DNA from: Malacoraja senta
Lineage: Eukaryota
Direction of reading: 5' to 3'
Assembly (NCBI GenBank): GCA_038087875.1
Contig: CM075987.1
Location: forward strand, 25,422,001 to 25,486,000
DNA length: 64,000 bases
Shown here: positions 36,753 through 48,334 of the stretch, one piece after another
Layout: each line of letters begins with the position of its first letter
Numbering within the stretch: the stretch's first letter is position 1
The notes under the pieces: generated by a model
Seen by the model: only the letters and a program-made list of their open reading frames with translations
Database searches by the model: none
Told to the model about the DNA's origin: nothing
Made by a program: the position numbers and the translations under genes

Positions 36753-38475
36753 ATAAAAGACTCGTTTTCAACCGATATCATCAGTATTCCTTACCCGAGA
36801 AACTTTTGTTTCAAAATTTAAAGCAAAACTCCGGTACACGACTTAGAATTTTGATATTCTCGTTCCTTTTTACTTGTGCCATGTTTTACATTGATTGCGG
36901 AGACAACTGAACAGCTCGGCAACGTTTTTCTGTTCACTTTTATCTGCTGGGCACGTATTTTTTCTCTGCCTCCTAACAATCTACCAGAACTGAGCAACGG
37001 TGCCTCTCTGATGACAGAAGTGCACGACATGACAAAAAGCAAATTAGCAACGGGACAGTAAAGCATCAGTTTTTATTTTGGAGCACAGAGCTACAACACA
37101 CACACACACAAAAAACACAAAAAAAAAAATCTCTCTAAGTTGTAACTGCAGACAAGTGATGATGGGAAAGGAGAAGTTTGCCTTTGATGCTGACAGCATT
37201 TGCATTATAGACAGTGATGAGTGTACAAAGTCAACGAAACCATCGTCTGAAGACCAGTTGCATTGAGGAAAAGCAGATTGCAATTGACACATTCTTCTTT
37301 CGTCTGCAATAATAAGCAAATGTGACAGCATGTAGTTCGACATGATTTGCGCGCGACCATTTTCCATGAAATGTGTTTTCCCTGAAAGAATAATAATAAA
37401 TGACTTAGAGTTGTGTCTTCTTCCTAGCCCAGTAAATCACAGGCCTTGTACAATAATGTACATTCCCAGTGATTGATAATCCAATTGAAACTCAGGCAAA
37501 GGTTGTACATGAATTTTATATCATGTTTTAGTTTTTTAGTTTCAGAGGTACAGCATGGAAACGTGTGCCCCCCCCCCACAATATCTTATAGTCTTTACAG
37601 AAACATAAATGATTCATTTACTAATTTTTACCATTACATTTATTTTGAGGATAACACAAATGACTAGTTACATTTTTTGACTTTTTTTTGTTAAGTTTAA
37701 CATTTGGTGACATGCTTTGAAATATACTGATGGTCGGGGGCAACTGCAGATGCTGGTTAGAACCGAAGACAGACACATAAAGCTGGAGTAACCCACACCA
37801 TCCTGGCCACACACTCATCTCCCCACTGCCTTCAGGTAGAAGGTACAGGAGCCTGAAATCTGCAACATCCAGGTTCAGGAATAGCTACTTCCCCACAGCC
37901 ATCAGACTATTAAACTCAACTCAAACAAAAATCTGAACTTTAATAGCCTATTGCACTTTATATGCTTATTTTACTTCGGAGTCACGTGAGTGAATGCGGG
38001 TAGCGGGCGGCGGTGAATTCGCCTTTTGAGCCGCTAGTGGTAGAACCAGCGGCTTCTTACTGGTGCCGGTGGCACCTGGACAAACACAGCGGGGATACCC
38101 CCCGACTATGTATATCGCAGCTATCCCGTTTATAGGGACCGCGGGGATATCCCGGCTGCAGTGACTGCGGGGATACCCAGCTCGGGGGGGGGAGGGGGGG
38201 AAGCCCCGACTGTAAACATCGCGGAGAAGCCCTTCTATAAGGGACCGCGGAGGAAATCCCGGGTTTAGCCATGACAACGGGAATATCAAGCTCGGGTGAG
38301 AAAAACCCGACTATGAATATCGCGGGGAAGCCCTCTACAGGGACCACGAGACCAAGCTCGGGGGGGGGAGAAGTGTTGCCCCCCCAGCGGAAGGTTCAGG
38401 ACCTGCAGGTAAATTCTTTACTCTAAGGTCATTTTGTTCTATTTTCTGTGAGAATTGTGTTACAGGAAAGGAACC

Positions 38476-39300
38476 ATGGACTAAGTCCAAATGGACCGCA
38501 TCCAGACTGACTGCGGAGGACCGCGGAAGTACGGGCAGTCAGCAGCGGTCGGCTGCACCTGCATCGCTATTCGATCAGCAGTCTCCGACCTGGCACCTGC
38601 ACAGTCCGAATCAATATCACAGACTGGCGGGAAGGCCCAGCAGAAGTCGGACAGGCCCGAAGACGAGTCGGGCTGTGAGCGCATATCCCGCATGGAGCGG
38701 TTGATGGAGCAGATGCTCCAACGTGACATGCTCCGGTATATGGAGTCTAGTCACCATGGGGTCCTAGGACGCCCATGGCAGCACCTAATAGAGGGCTGCA
38801 TAATGCATCTCCCTCGACAGAGGGGAGCGTTAGGAGTCACTTCTGGGCTGACTCTGAAGACAGGGGTTTGGCTGAAGATACCACAAGTGTGCTGGGGGTG
38901 CAGGAACAACACAACCAGCAGCAGGAGCAGGCTGTGAATGACAACTACCAAATACCTAGCACCAGGGAACTGTGTTTCTCTCAGTGTCCCTGCGGTGAAC
39001 AACTTTATCTGGGCACCCCAAATTTGCAGGACTGTGCAAGACCAGTAACCACTGATACTGCCATTTGGGGGCAACCTGTTGAAACAGGTCAAGAAGCTCG
39101 ACGAGGGCCGTCGGGCTCATGAAGGCCACATCATCGGGCAAGACCTCACATCTCCGGCGGCAGCACCCCTACGCACCCACCAGCAAACGACGATGCCCTG
39201 AAGCTGGTGAAAGCACGGAGGCCGTACAACCAGGACAAAGGTCTTTTCACACCACGGCCCAGAACGGCCTTCCTGGAAGATGTGCCAACCCCGTACTCGA
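38476..39300 (+). pseudogene. DIRS gag-like ORF1 remnant
   Basis: Position in the element; ACCATGG start in frame with ORF 38491-38937 (ERISRMERLMEQML); frameshifted afterwards. Confidence 0.5.
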
Positions 39301-39873
39301 GCTCCTCTACCTCCCAAGGAGCAGAAGGTGCAAAGATAATGCACACATGGTTGAGGTGGCTCCTGGGTCGGGTTGCATAAGTCCTCCCATTCGGATGTGG
39401 AAGGATGAAGCTGATTGAGGCAACTCCTGGAAGTTCCCCATCCGGCGGTGTGAAGGTATGGAGCCACATCGATGATGCCTCCTGTCACGGATACAAGTTG
39501 GTAATATTTACACTGGTTTGAATATTTTCACTGGTTTCGGATAACATGAGATTAGTTTATACTGCACAGCAGGTATGGTTGGAGTTGCCTTTCAAGGCAG
39601 GCTCGCAATTATGGGGATGTAGACTGTTCATTGTCAACAGGATCAACATGTGCAGTATAGACATTTCTGAATAACTTCCATGTGATCATTTCCGCTCACA
39701 GGCTTCGGAGATATTTGAAATTTAGCTGGATGAGGCAAGGATACACTCAGAAGTGTTGCAAAATGGGCTAACTTCAGCTCCCAGGTTATTTACCAAATCA
39801 CTACAATCAGTGCTTTGACTGCACAGAGCTAACAAACAAGGGTTATAGCCAATCAGGATGATATTGAACATCC

Positions 39874-40089
39874 TGTGGCGGCTCCCAAGGGTCGTGCCAT
39901 TATACCTGTCGAACCCCTCGGCACGGGAGTGGTTCAGTCCGGAGGCGGCCCTTAGCCAGAGGGTTTAAAGGCAGGGGTTTGGGTGCCATCTTTCTGTCGT
40001 TTGGTCTTCCCTACAGCCGGGAGGACGTAATAAAATGTGCTTCTCAAAACACTGGACTTCGTGCTTACTTTCGAGACACACGCACCACA
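39874..40089 (+). repeat. 5' LTR
   Basis: TGTGG..CCACA; contains TTTAAA and AATAAA; repeats at 41516-41731. Confidence 0.95.
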
Positions 40090-41610
40090 TTGGTGGAGGG
40101 AAGACAAAGCCCTACCTCCTCTCAGGCCGGCCCGGCCCTGTCTCTGGACGCGGTCTCGGTGAAACTGCCTACCTTCTGGACCACCCGGCCGCTTATCTGG
40201 TTCCAGCAGGCGGAGACCCAGTTCAACCTGCGGGGCATCACGGTCGATGCCACCCGCTTCTATTACCTGGTGGGGGCTCTCGACCAGGACATGGTTGAGG
40301 AGGTCACGGACTTCGAGGTGATCCGCGGACTGTCTCACCCATCAATCCGGGCGACAACGGCACTAGTGGCCGCTCGTTTCATGTGGCACGGTCTGCGCAA
40401 GCAGGTTGGCCATTGGGCTCGGACCTGCATTCCGTGCCAGACGGCGAAAATCCAGCGCCATGTCCGGGCGCCTCTCCAGGAGTTTGGTCTTCCTCACCGT
40501 CGATTCGACCGTCTCCACGTAGACATCGTAGGGCCTCTCCCGCCATCCCGGGGAATCACCCAGCTTCTCACAATGGTGGACCGCTTCACGCGGTGGCCAG
40601 AGGCCATTCCGCTGGCCGATACTTCAACGGCTACGTGTGCTCGTGCGTTGTCCGCGCACTGGATTGCTCGCTTCGGGGTGCCGGCGCACATCTCCTCAGA
40701 CCGGGGGCCACAGTTCACCTCCGAGCTGTGGTCAGCCATGGCTCGCTTGCTGGGGGTGCGGCTACACCGCACCACGGCTTACCACCCGCAAGCTAACGGT
40801 CTGGTGGAGAGGTTCCACCGGCAGCTAAAGGCAGCACTGAAGGCACGACTCTCCGGCCCGGACTGGATGGACGAGTTGCCCTGGGTCATGCTGGGCATCC
40901 GGACTGCTCCCAAAGAGGACTTGGCCTCATCATCGGCGGAGCTCGTGTACGGCTCGCCACTCACGGTGCCCGGGGAGTTCGTGCCGTCGGTGTCGGGGCA
41001 GCAGGGAACGCCCTCATCCACCCTAAAGCACCTTCTCGAGCGAGTTGGCAGGCTCGCACCCGTCCCGACGTCCCGCCATGGGACATTTCGCCCGCACGTG
41101 CCATCAGCCCTCAGGGACTGCCCATACGTCTTCCTGCGCCGTGATGCTCACCGAACGCCACTCCAGAGGCCGTACGAGGGCCCGTTCCGGGTGTTGGAAC
41201 ACGGGCAGTCGACTTTTGTACTGGACATGGGGGGCCGGCCAGAGGCCGTGTCAATTGACCGGTTAAAGCCGGCACACCTGGACATTGACCAACCAGTGCT
41301 GGTTGCCCAACCTCGGCCTCGAGGGCGCCCCCCCTCACGGCTCCCTCCGCCTGTCACTCCACCTGTCCTCCCGCCGGTCCTCCAACCTATCCCTCGACCC
41401 GCCCCTCCATCTATGCCTCTGCCAGCCCCACGATCTGCTGACTTCCGCACGCGGGCCGGCCGGGTCGTGCGCCCGCCGGTGCGTTTCGTGCCTTGGGTTC
41501 TGGGGGGGGGGGTCCTGTGGCAGCTCCCAAGGGTTGTGCCATTATACCTGTCGAACCCCTCGGCACGGGAGTGGTTCAGTCCGGAGGCGGCCCTTAGCCA
41601 GAGGGTTTAA
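39979..41610 (+). CDS. Uninterrupted Gypsy Gag(N-terminus)-integrase fusion frame; first ATG at 40291 gives a 439-aa mostly-integrase protein
   Basis: Gag motif VSVKLPTFW..WFQQAETQF..GIT..YYLVGALD; IN zinc finger (R)GLSHP..CIPCQ; D-D-E core HVDIVG/SDRG/NGLVER; GPY/F motif RPYEGPFRV. Confidence 0.85.
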   Translation: MGAIFLSFGLPYSREDVIKCASQNTGLRAYFRDTRTTLVEGRQSPTSSQAGPALSLDAVSVKLPTFWTTRPLIWFQQAETQFNLRGITVDATRFYYLVGALDQDMVEEVTDFEVIRGLSHPSIRATTALVAARFMWHGLRKQVGHWARTCIPCQTAKIQRHVRAPLQEFGLPHRRFDRLHVDIVGPLPPSRGITQLLTMVDRFTRWPEAIPLADTSTATCARALSAHWIARFGVPAHISSDRGPQFTSELWSAMARLLGVRLHRTTAYHPQANGLVERFHRQLKAALKARLSGPDWMDELPWVMLGIRTAPKEDLASSSAELVYGSPLTVPGEFVPSVSGQQGTPSSTLKHLLERVGRLAPVPTSRHGTFRPHVPSALRDCPYVFLRRDAHRTPLQRPYEGPFRVLEHGQSTFVLDMGGRPEAVSIDRLKPAHLDIDQPVLVAQPRPRGRPPSRLPPPVTPPVLPPVLQPIPRPAPPSMPLPAPRSADFRTRAGRVVRPPVRFVPWVLGGGVLWQLPRVVPLYLSNPSAREWFSPEAALSQRV

Positions 41611-41731
41611 AGGCAGGGGTTTGGGTGCCATCTTTCTCTCGTTTGGTCTTCCCTACAGCCGGGAGGACGTAATAAAAGGTGCTTCTCAAAACACTGGACT
41701 TCGTGCTTACTTTCGAGACACACGCACCACA
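41516..41731 (+). repeat. 3' LTR
   Basis: ~98% identical to the 5' LTR. Confidence 0.95.
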
Positions 41732-42680
41732 ATACTGTATTTTGCTAAATTAGCCTTATCAGCCACATAGCTATATTTGAGAAATTGGGTTTCTCAACCA
41801 TCCAGTTAAATTTAAGTTAAGTTGATACCAACTGAAACTATTGTTTATTGGGATACAATTAACCCATTAATTTATCTGGGACTCCACTCTGAGACAAAAG
41901 ATTAAACCTCTGCTATTCCCAGCTGAAACTATCAAAGTCACAATGGTGGACGAACAGTATTCAGCGTTGCTCCACTAAACCTTTCATCCGTAAATCTTCA
42001 GTCAATTCCAAACTGATGCTATTACTCAGAGATGGAAAATTACTAATACCATCTCTCGTTACGGAGGCAGATGGGATTAGCATGAGTTATCAATTGTTCA
42101 GTTATGGTATCAACTGCCAATGGACACCAGGTGCATTCTGTGCAGTAAAGGGTGTGTGAATATGCATAATCTGCATCCACAAGTCCAAGGTGATACACTT
42201 TGGTGGTGGTATATGTTAATCACAAGGGTGCAATCAAAGCCAAATATCCGGTGATAGTTTACCTAACCTCATTTAGCACTGGTGTATTATCATGTGAAAT
42301 CAATTACAACACAGAATGGATGTGCGATCACAAAGTATTTAATGACATTGTGGTTCGATGGATCACTAACGATCGAGATGTTTGCATCCAGGGTCAATCA
42401 CCAGTTGCAGAAAAATACGAGGCATATCAATGGCGATGGGTGCATTCCCGCTACACTAGGGAGGAATGTTCTTTTATGTCTTCCTCCATTTTGCCTCATT
42501 GGACGGGTCTTGCAAAATTCAGCAAGTTCCCGCTTCCGGCATTTTCATAGTGCCTGCCTGGTTTATATACCCATGGTTCCCGCTGATGTGGGAAATGATC
42601 ATAAAACCTCACATGGTTGGTTCTGGACACAAAGATTTGCTGGTTCAGCTGTGATGTGGAAACCATCGTCTGCATGATAC
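41732..42680 (+). pseudogene. DIRS RT-RNase H-methyltransferase-like remnant (RT N-terminal part at ~39640-39873)
   Basis: FEKLGF, VVYVNHKG, IEMFASRVNHQL and PPFCLIGRVLQ motifs across frameshifts. Confidence 0.75.
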
Positions 42681-42699
42681 AATCAATTCATTGACTTGC

Positions 42700-43600
42700 A
42701 GACTCTGAGAGACCGTTCCTGCGGCTCGGGTTGTTAAACCAAAAACCTTGGAAGTGCTCACTGCAGATTGCAGGGATAGCAATAACTAGCAGCGTTCCTC
42801 ATAAGGAGATGGGAGGTATTGTATTATACTTATTTACATTTAACTCGGCACGGATTACTGACGCCTTGAAATTCCGTTTATATGGGATTATATAGCATAA
42901 GTTAAAGTTCCATTTACTGTGCCTGAATCATTTGGCTGCGGGGAACAGAAACCACTCTGTCGGGTCTCACCCTCTGACATCTAGATTATGAAGGGTATCG
43001 TCAACTCAAAACCTCCCAGGCCTAGGGACGCAGAGATATGGGTTGTTAACATTGTGCTACGTCACTTCGCCGGTGGGCTCCAGCAACATCCCTGTCCTTG
43101 GTCAAACTCACTTACTAGTGGTTATGCCATGGCACTGAATACAGAGCAACGGGTCCAGTCATTGCATAAGCTACACTGGATAGGATGATCATATCTGCGG
43201 GCAATAATAACATGTTATGTTTATGACTAAGTCAAGCAGAGTAGATAGGGACATAAGACCAAACTAGATGTTTGTATATCCCATGGACCTTGGGTTGAGT
43301 GTCATCACGCATCTACACCAATATGTTAAGGTCCCTTAGAGCCTTATAGACTCTGACTAGCAATATTGTTAGTTACATAAACCTCGTTAGAAGGTATCAC
43401 TACAGACCTTCTCCAGGGGGTTAAATGGGTCTGGCTTATACAGGAGTGAACATTGACATTTTAAGTCGCACTCCACCAGGGCTGCAACAACCTCAGCAAC
43501 AGGGTTATGGACCACATCCTAGCAGCTGCAGGATGGTCAAACTAACGATCTGTCCAAATATTCAGAATAAAGCCATTGCCAGATCGGGGGTATTTACCAA
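42700..43600 (+). pseudogene. DIRS tyrosine recombinase remnant
   Basis: HPL..MKGIVNSKPPRPR..IW, QRVQSLHKL, (S)HSTRAA-like and ILAAAGWS motifs. Confidence 0.75.
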
Positions 43601-43809
43601 CACTATGTTAGGTCTGTTTCATAGCTTCCTCCCGGTTGAGGGAGGTTACTATTGCCATTATTGTTCATTAAAAGCATCAACATGTCTATATCTATGTCAT
43701 GTCTGAATGCATTATTAATGTTCACTCATCATTGGCTACTGATGCAGTGTATGACGCCTGGACTCGTTTCCACGGCATGAAATCACAGAGCTTTAAAATC
43801 TTCACGTAG

Positions 43810-43911
43810 TCACTCACGTGACTCCGAAGTAAAATAGTAAGATTAAACGAGAACTTACCAGCTTGAAGTTTGATCTTTATTTTATGAGGAGTAATGTTGA
43901 GGGATTACGTG
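43810..43911 (+). repeat. DIRS internal complementary region (ICR)
   Basis: 43810-43836 is the reverse complement of 37967-37993 (27/27); 43832-43911 is the reverse complement of 44040-44119 (77/80). Confidence 0.92.
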
Positions 43912-44278
43912 CCCTCCGCACCCACCCTCTATCATAAAGGTCAACTGGTATTCTAGTTTCTCTTATCTTACTATGTTTAGTTCAATAACTGTTGTCCGCT
44001 GCTTTGAAGATTGACACACATGCGTGCTGGCGGGGTTTTCACGTAATCTCTCAACGTTACTCCTCATAAAATAAAGATCAAACTTCAAACTGGTAAGTTC
44101 TCGTTTAATCTTACTATTTATGAGTGTATATATATATTCAATGGTGTATGGACATACTGATCTGTTCTGTATTTATTTATGCCTACAATATTCCGTTGTG
44201 CTGAAGCAAAGCAAGAATTTCATTGTCCTGTCTGGGACACATGACAATAAACTCTCTTGAACTCTCTTGAACTTGAAC

Positions 44279-44927
44279 TGGGTCAGGCAGCACCTCTGGA
44301 GAAAAGGAATGGGTGACGTTTCGGATCGAGACCCTTCTTCAGACTGAGAGTCAGGGGAAAGGCGAATGGGAGATATCTAGACAGTACTTAGGAGAAATTG
44401 AATGGAAGATATGCAAAAAGCAATGATAATCAAAAAATGTGGGGGTGTGCAATAGACTATTGTTGGCTGTGGGATAGGTAACAACAAGTTATACAGACAC
44501 AGGAACTTAATAGGACGACAGTAAAACTAATACGATGACCAGGGTGGGGGAGGGACGGAGAGAGAGGGGATGCAAGGGTTTTTAACGCTACTTGAATCAT
44601 TATTCATACCGTGTAGCAAGGAGCTGCAGACGCTGGTTTAAACCAAAGATAGACGTAAAATGCTGGAGTAACTCAGCGGGACAGGCAGCATCTCTGGAGA
44701 GAAGGAATGGGTGACATTTCAGGTTGAGACCCTTTTTCGGATTGAAGAAGGGTCTCGACCCGAAACGTCACCCATTCCTCCTCTCCAGAGATGCTGCCTG
44801 GCCCGCTGAGTTACTCAACCATTTTGTATCTATCTTCAATGTACATACCGCTGGGTTGTAAGCTGCCCAAGCGAAATATGAGATGCTGTTCCTCTAATTT
44901 ACGTTTGGCCTCACTCTGACAGTGGAG
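44279..44927 (-). mobile_element. Penelope 3' region (continues 37740-37791) with a nested inverted hammerhead-repeat pair at 44612-44837
   Basis: LHCQSEAKRKLEEQHLIFRLGSLQPSGM in ORF 44811-45098. Confidence 0.75.
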
Positions 44928-45469
44928 CAACGTATTGTTGGCCAAACCTCCACCCACTAACGGACGGGCAGCTCCATCAGACACCATCGTGGGAGATGCT
45001 GGTGCCTCTTGGAAGTGTAACCCGGTTTCAGCCTCGTCTACCCTTGCATCCTCACAGTCCTGTTTGTCCGCTTGAAAACCACTTTGTTTAGACTGCATTT
45101 AATCATGGTGAAAGGCTACAAACAGAAGTCAGTCGGACCCCACAACCGTGGCTTTTTCTATTAACTAGTTTAGCTTGGTTTATTGTCACAGGTACAGTGA
45201 AAAGCTTATTGCCGCGAGCTATCCATATTTACTTCAAACCTCATAACCTCATTGCAACTGGACTGTGAATGGGAATTTATTTCTGACCTCACTGCTAATG
45301 AGTTTAGTTTATTGTCACGTGTACCAAGGTCCTAAGTCATAAAAAATATGAGTAGAATTAGGCCATTCGGCCCATCAAGTCTACTCTACCTTTCAATCAT
45401 GGCTGATCTATCTCTCCCTCCTAACCCCATTCTCCTGCCCCATTTCAATGTGCAAATTGGCCAACAAAT

Positions 45470-45765
45470 ATTTAGTTTAGAGATACAAGCACAGAAACAG
45501 GCCCTTCGGCCCACCGAGTCCACGCCAACCAGCGATCCCAGTGCACGAACACTATCCTGCACACACGAGGGACAATGTGCATTTACACCAAGCCAATTAA
45601 CCTACAAACCTTTTGAGTGTGGGAAGAAACTGAAGATCTCGGAGAAAACCCACGCAGGTCACGGGGAGAAGGTGCAGACAGCACTCGTAGTTGGGATCAA
45701 ACCCGGGTCTCTGGCGCTGCAAGCTGTAAGGCAGCAACTCCACTGTTGCTCCACCATGCCACCCC
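45470..45765 (-). mobile_element. HE1-type V-SINE
   Basis: Reverse complement of the consensus. Confidence 0.85.
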
Positions 45766-45953
45766 TAATCTTGACCTTTCATCATGAGGAAGAAGATTGG
45801 GCTTTATTTGCCTTCCAGCACAGTGAGGAATGTGGGAATCTGCTGTGGTGGATGTTTAAGTTAACTTTTATGTAGTTGTGTGTCTCGTTGCTTTTTTTTA
45901 ATCTAGCGTGGCTGTGTTGTAAATCGAATTTCACTGTACCTTAATTGGTACAT

Positions 45954-46475
45954 GTGGAAAGCATCTTGTCCGGAAATATCACGATTTGGTTTGGGAACTG
46001 CTCTGCCCAGGATAAGAAGACTTTGCAGAGAGTAGTGCGTTCGGCCGAACGCACTATGGGAACTACACTCGCCCCCCTGCAGGAACTCTACATCAGAAGG
46101 TGCAGATCCAGAGGCAACAAGATCATGGGGGACCCCTTCCACCCCAGCAACGGAATGTTCCAGCTGCTACGGTCAGGCAAACGCCTCCGTTGCCATGCTG
46201 TGAAAACGGAGAGGATGAGAAGGAGTTTCTTCTCAGAGGCCATTAGGACTGTAAACTCCTGTCTCTCCAGGGACTAACTTTACTGAACCAATTTACTGCT
46301 GTGTGGTGTCTTCCCTCCCACAAATATGTAATATGTGAATATGTGATTCTGTTCCATTCTGTCTGTAGCTTGTTTGTTTGTTTTTTTGCACAATACGCGA
46401 GCATCGCCACTTTTCATTTCACAGCACATCTCGTATGTGTATGTGACGAATAAACTTGACTTGACTTGTCTTGAC
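45954..46475 (+). mobile_element. Rex1/Babar LINE 3' fragment
   Basis: VESILSGNITIWFGNCSAQDKKTLQRVVRSAE..RSFFSEAIRTVN; (ACTTG)n tail. Confidence 0.85.
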
Positions 46476-46496
46476 AATAAACTGACCTTGAAACAT

Positions 46497-46916
46497 TGAC
46501 CGGAAAGCACTGCAGAGGGTGGTGAAAATTGCCCAACGCATCGCCAGTTCCTCACTCCCCTCCATTGAGTCTGTCCAAAGCAAGCGTTGTCTGCGAAGGG
46601 CGCTCAGCATCGCCAAGGACTGCTCTCACCCCAACCACAGACTGTTTACCTTCGTACCATCCGGGAGGCGCTACAGGTCTCTCCGTTGCCGGACCAGCAG
46701 GTCCAGGAACAGCTTCTTCCCTGCGGCTGTTACACTACTCAACACTGTACCTCGGTGACTGCCAATCACCCCCCCCCCCCCCCCACCAGGATTTATTAGA
46801 TTTATTTATTGCTCATATTTATGTCGCTCTTCTAGGGAGATGCTAACTGCATTTCGTTGTCTCTGTACTGTACACTGCACAATGACTATAAAGTTGAATC
46901 TGAATCTGAATCTGAA
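46497..46916 (+). mobile_element. Rex1/Babar LINE 3' fragment (near-identical to 12584-13035)
   Basis: Same peptide and (AATCTG)n tail. Confidence 0.85.
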
Positions 46917-47282
46917 CTTGAAACCTTGAATTGAAAATCGCCACAACTTCTGGTTACTTTACACCATCCTGCTGTTTGCTTCACACATGTTGATCACTCT
47001 GAGATTCCCTGTGGTTTTTAAGTGCTTGCTGGATTTACACATTAATTGCTCATAAAACACATTGCAGAATGTTAATTCTGGTTAGTGTGCATATACCTCT
47101 TAAATTAAATTATTATCATTTTCTGAAATACTAGTCAATCTTCACACCCGAAACATCACCCATTCCTTCTCTCCGGAGATACTGCCTGTCCCGCTGAGCT
47201 ACTCCAGCAATTTATGTCTATCTTTACTCCTGAACTAAGCCTCAAGTCTTAATATGTTATTTAATTTAAAACAAAAGAATTA

Positions 47283-47830
47283 AATGGTAGGTGAATCTGA
47301 GGAATTCATTGCCATAGACGGCTGTGGAGTCAATAGACAATAGACAATAGGTGCAGGAGTAGGCCATTCGACCCTTTGAGCCAGCACCGCCATTCAATGT
47401 GATCATGGCTGATCATCCCCAATCAATACCCCGTTCCTGCCTTCTCCCCATATCCCCTGACTCTCTCTTGAAAGCATCCAGAGAACCTGCCTCCACCGCC
47501 ATCTGAGGCAGAGAATTCCACAGACTCACCACTCTCTGTGAGAAAAAGTGTTTCCTCGTCTCTGTTCTAAATGGCCTACTCCTTATTCTTAAACTGTGGC
47601 CCCTGGTTCTGGACTCCCCCCAACATCGGGAACGTTGACTCGAGTCCGAGTCAATGGATATTTTTTAGTCAGAGATTGAGAGAATCTTGATCAGTACGGG
47701 TGTCAGGGGTTACGGGGAGAAGGCAGGAGAATGGGTTGAGAGGGAAAGATAGATCAGCCATGATTGAATGGCGGAGTGGGCTTGATGGGCTGAATGGCCT
47801 TATTCTGCTCCGATCACTTCTGAACTTATG
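47283..47830. mobile_element. Plus-strand CR1 tail split by a minus-strand CR1 tail (47331-47635)
   Basis: CR1 3' motifs in both orientations. Confidence 0.8.
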
Positions 47831-48334
47831 ATTTTTTTAATTAGATATAATTATAGTGCCATGCGTATAGAAGCAGATTTACAGACATCCCTTCCTTAAC
47901 AAAGTATTATTGATATTTAGAGTAAATGGCAATTTTATTTCAAACTATATACCAAACAGAACAAACTATGAGTTCATCTACATGCAAATATTCTCAATTT
48001 ATTGTGTTTAAATTATACCATAATATTCATACTCCTTGATGTAATATGCTGCAGCAAATAGTGAAATTACCTGTAAATTGTCAAGTTAGCTCATATTTTA
48101 AATTATTTCTGTTACACACTTACTTATAATTATCATACTTCATAATTATGGTAATAAGTCTGTAAAAAATTTGGCATAGCAAAACAGAAATCACACACCT
48201 TTGTTTCCTTAATAGGTGTGGCAATAATAATTAATGGGGAAGGTACATTTTCATCGCGTTTACGTTTACGTCAGTCTACGTTTAGAGTCATTAATTTAAC
48301 ATTTGCTTTTGCAGCACTTCCAACCAGATGTACA

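Larger units (their letters stand above)
39874..41731 (+). mobile_element. Ty3/Gypsy LTR retrotransposon, internally deleted (1858 bp)
   Basis: Two 216-bp TG..CA LTRs with 4 mismatches; PBS TGGTGGAGG at 40091; poly-G PPT at 41502-41512; possible 4-bp TSD ATCC/ATAC. Confidence 0.95.
37967..44119 (+). mobile_element. DIRS1-like tyrosine-recombinase retrotransposon, degenerate
   Basis: ICR complementary to both termini; remnants of gag, RT (NGLTSAPRLFTK, xDDI), RNase H (VVYVNHKG), DAM-like domain (IEMFASRVNHQL..PPFCLIGRVLQ) and YR (MKGIVNSKPPRPR..W, QRVQSLHKL, SHSTRAA-like, ILAAAGWS). Confidence 0.9.
37792..44278 (+). mobile_element. Rex1-like 3' fragment split by DIRS (halves 37792-37966 and 44120-44278)
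   Basis: HPGHTLISPLPSGRRYRSLK..FPTAIRLLN on the left; the 3' UTR and (GAACTT)n tail resume at 44120. Confidence 0.7.

Noticed and set aside
39871..39873. TCC precedes both LTRs, suggesting insertion of unprocessed cDNA
   Set aside because: It is equally explained by a 4-bp TSD (ATCC/ATAC) with one substitution; three bases are not enough to decide
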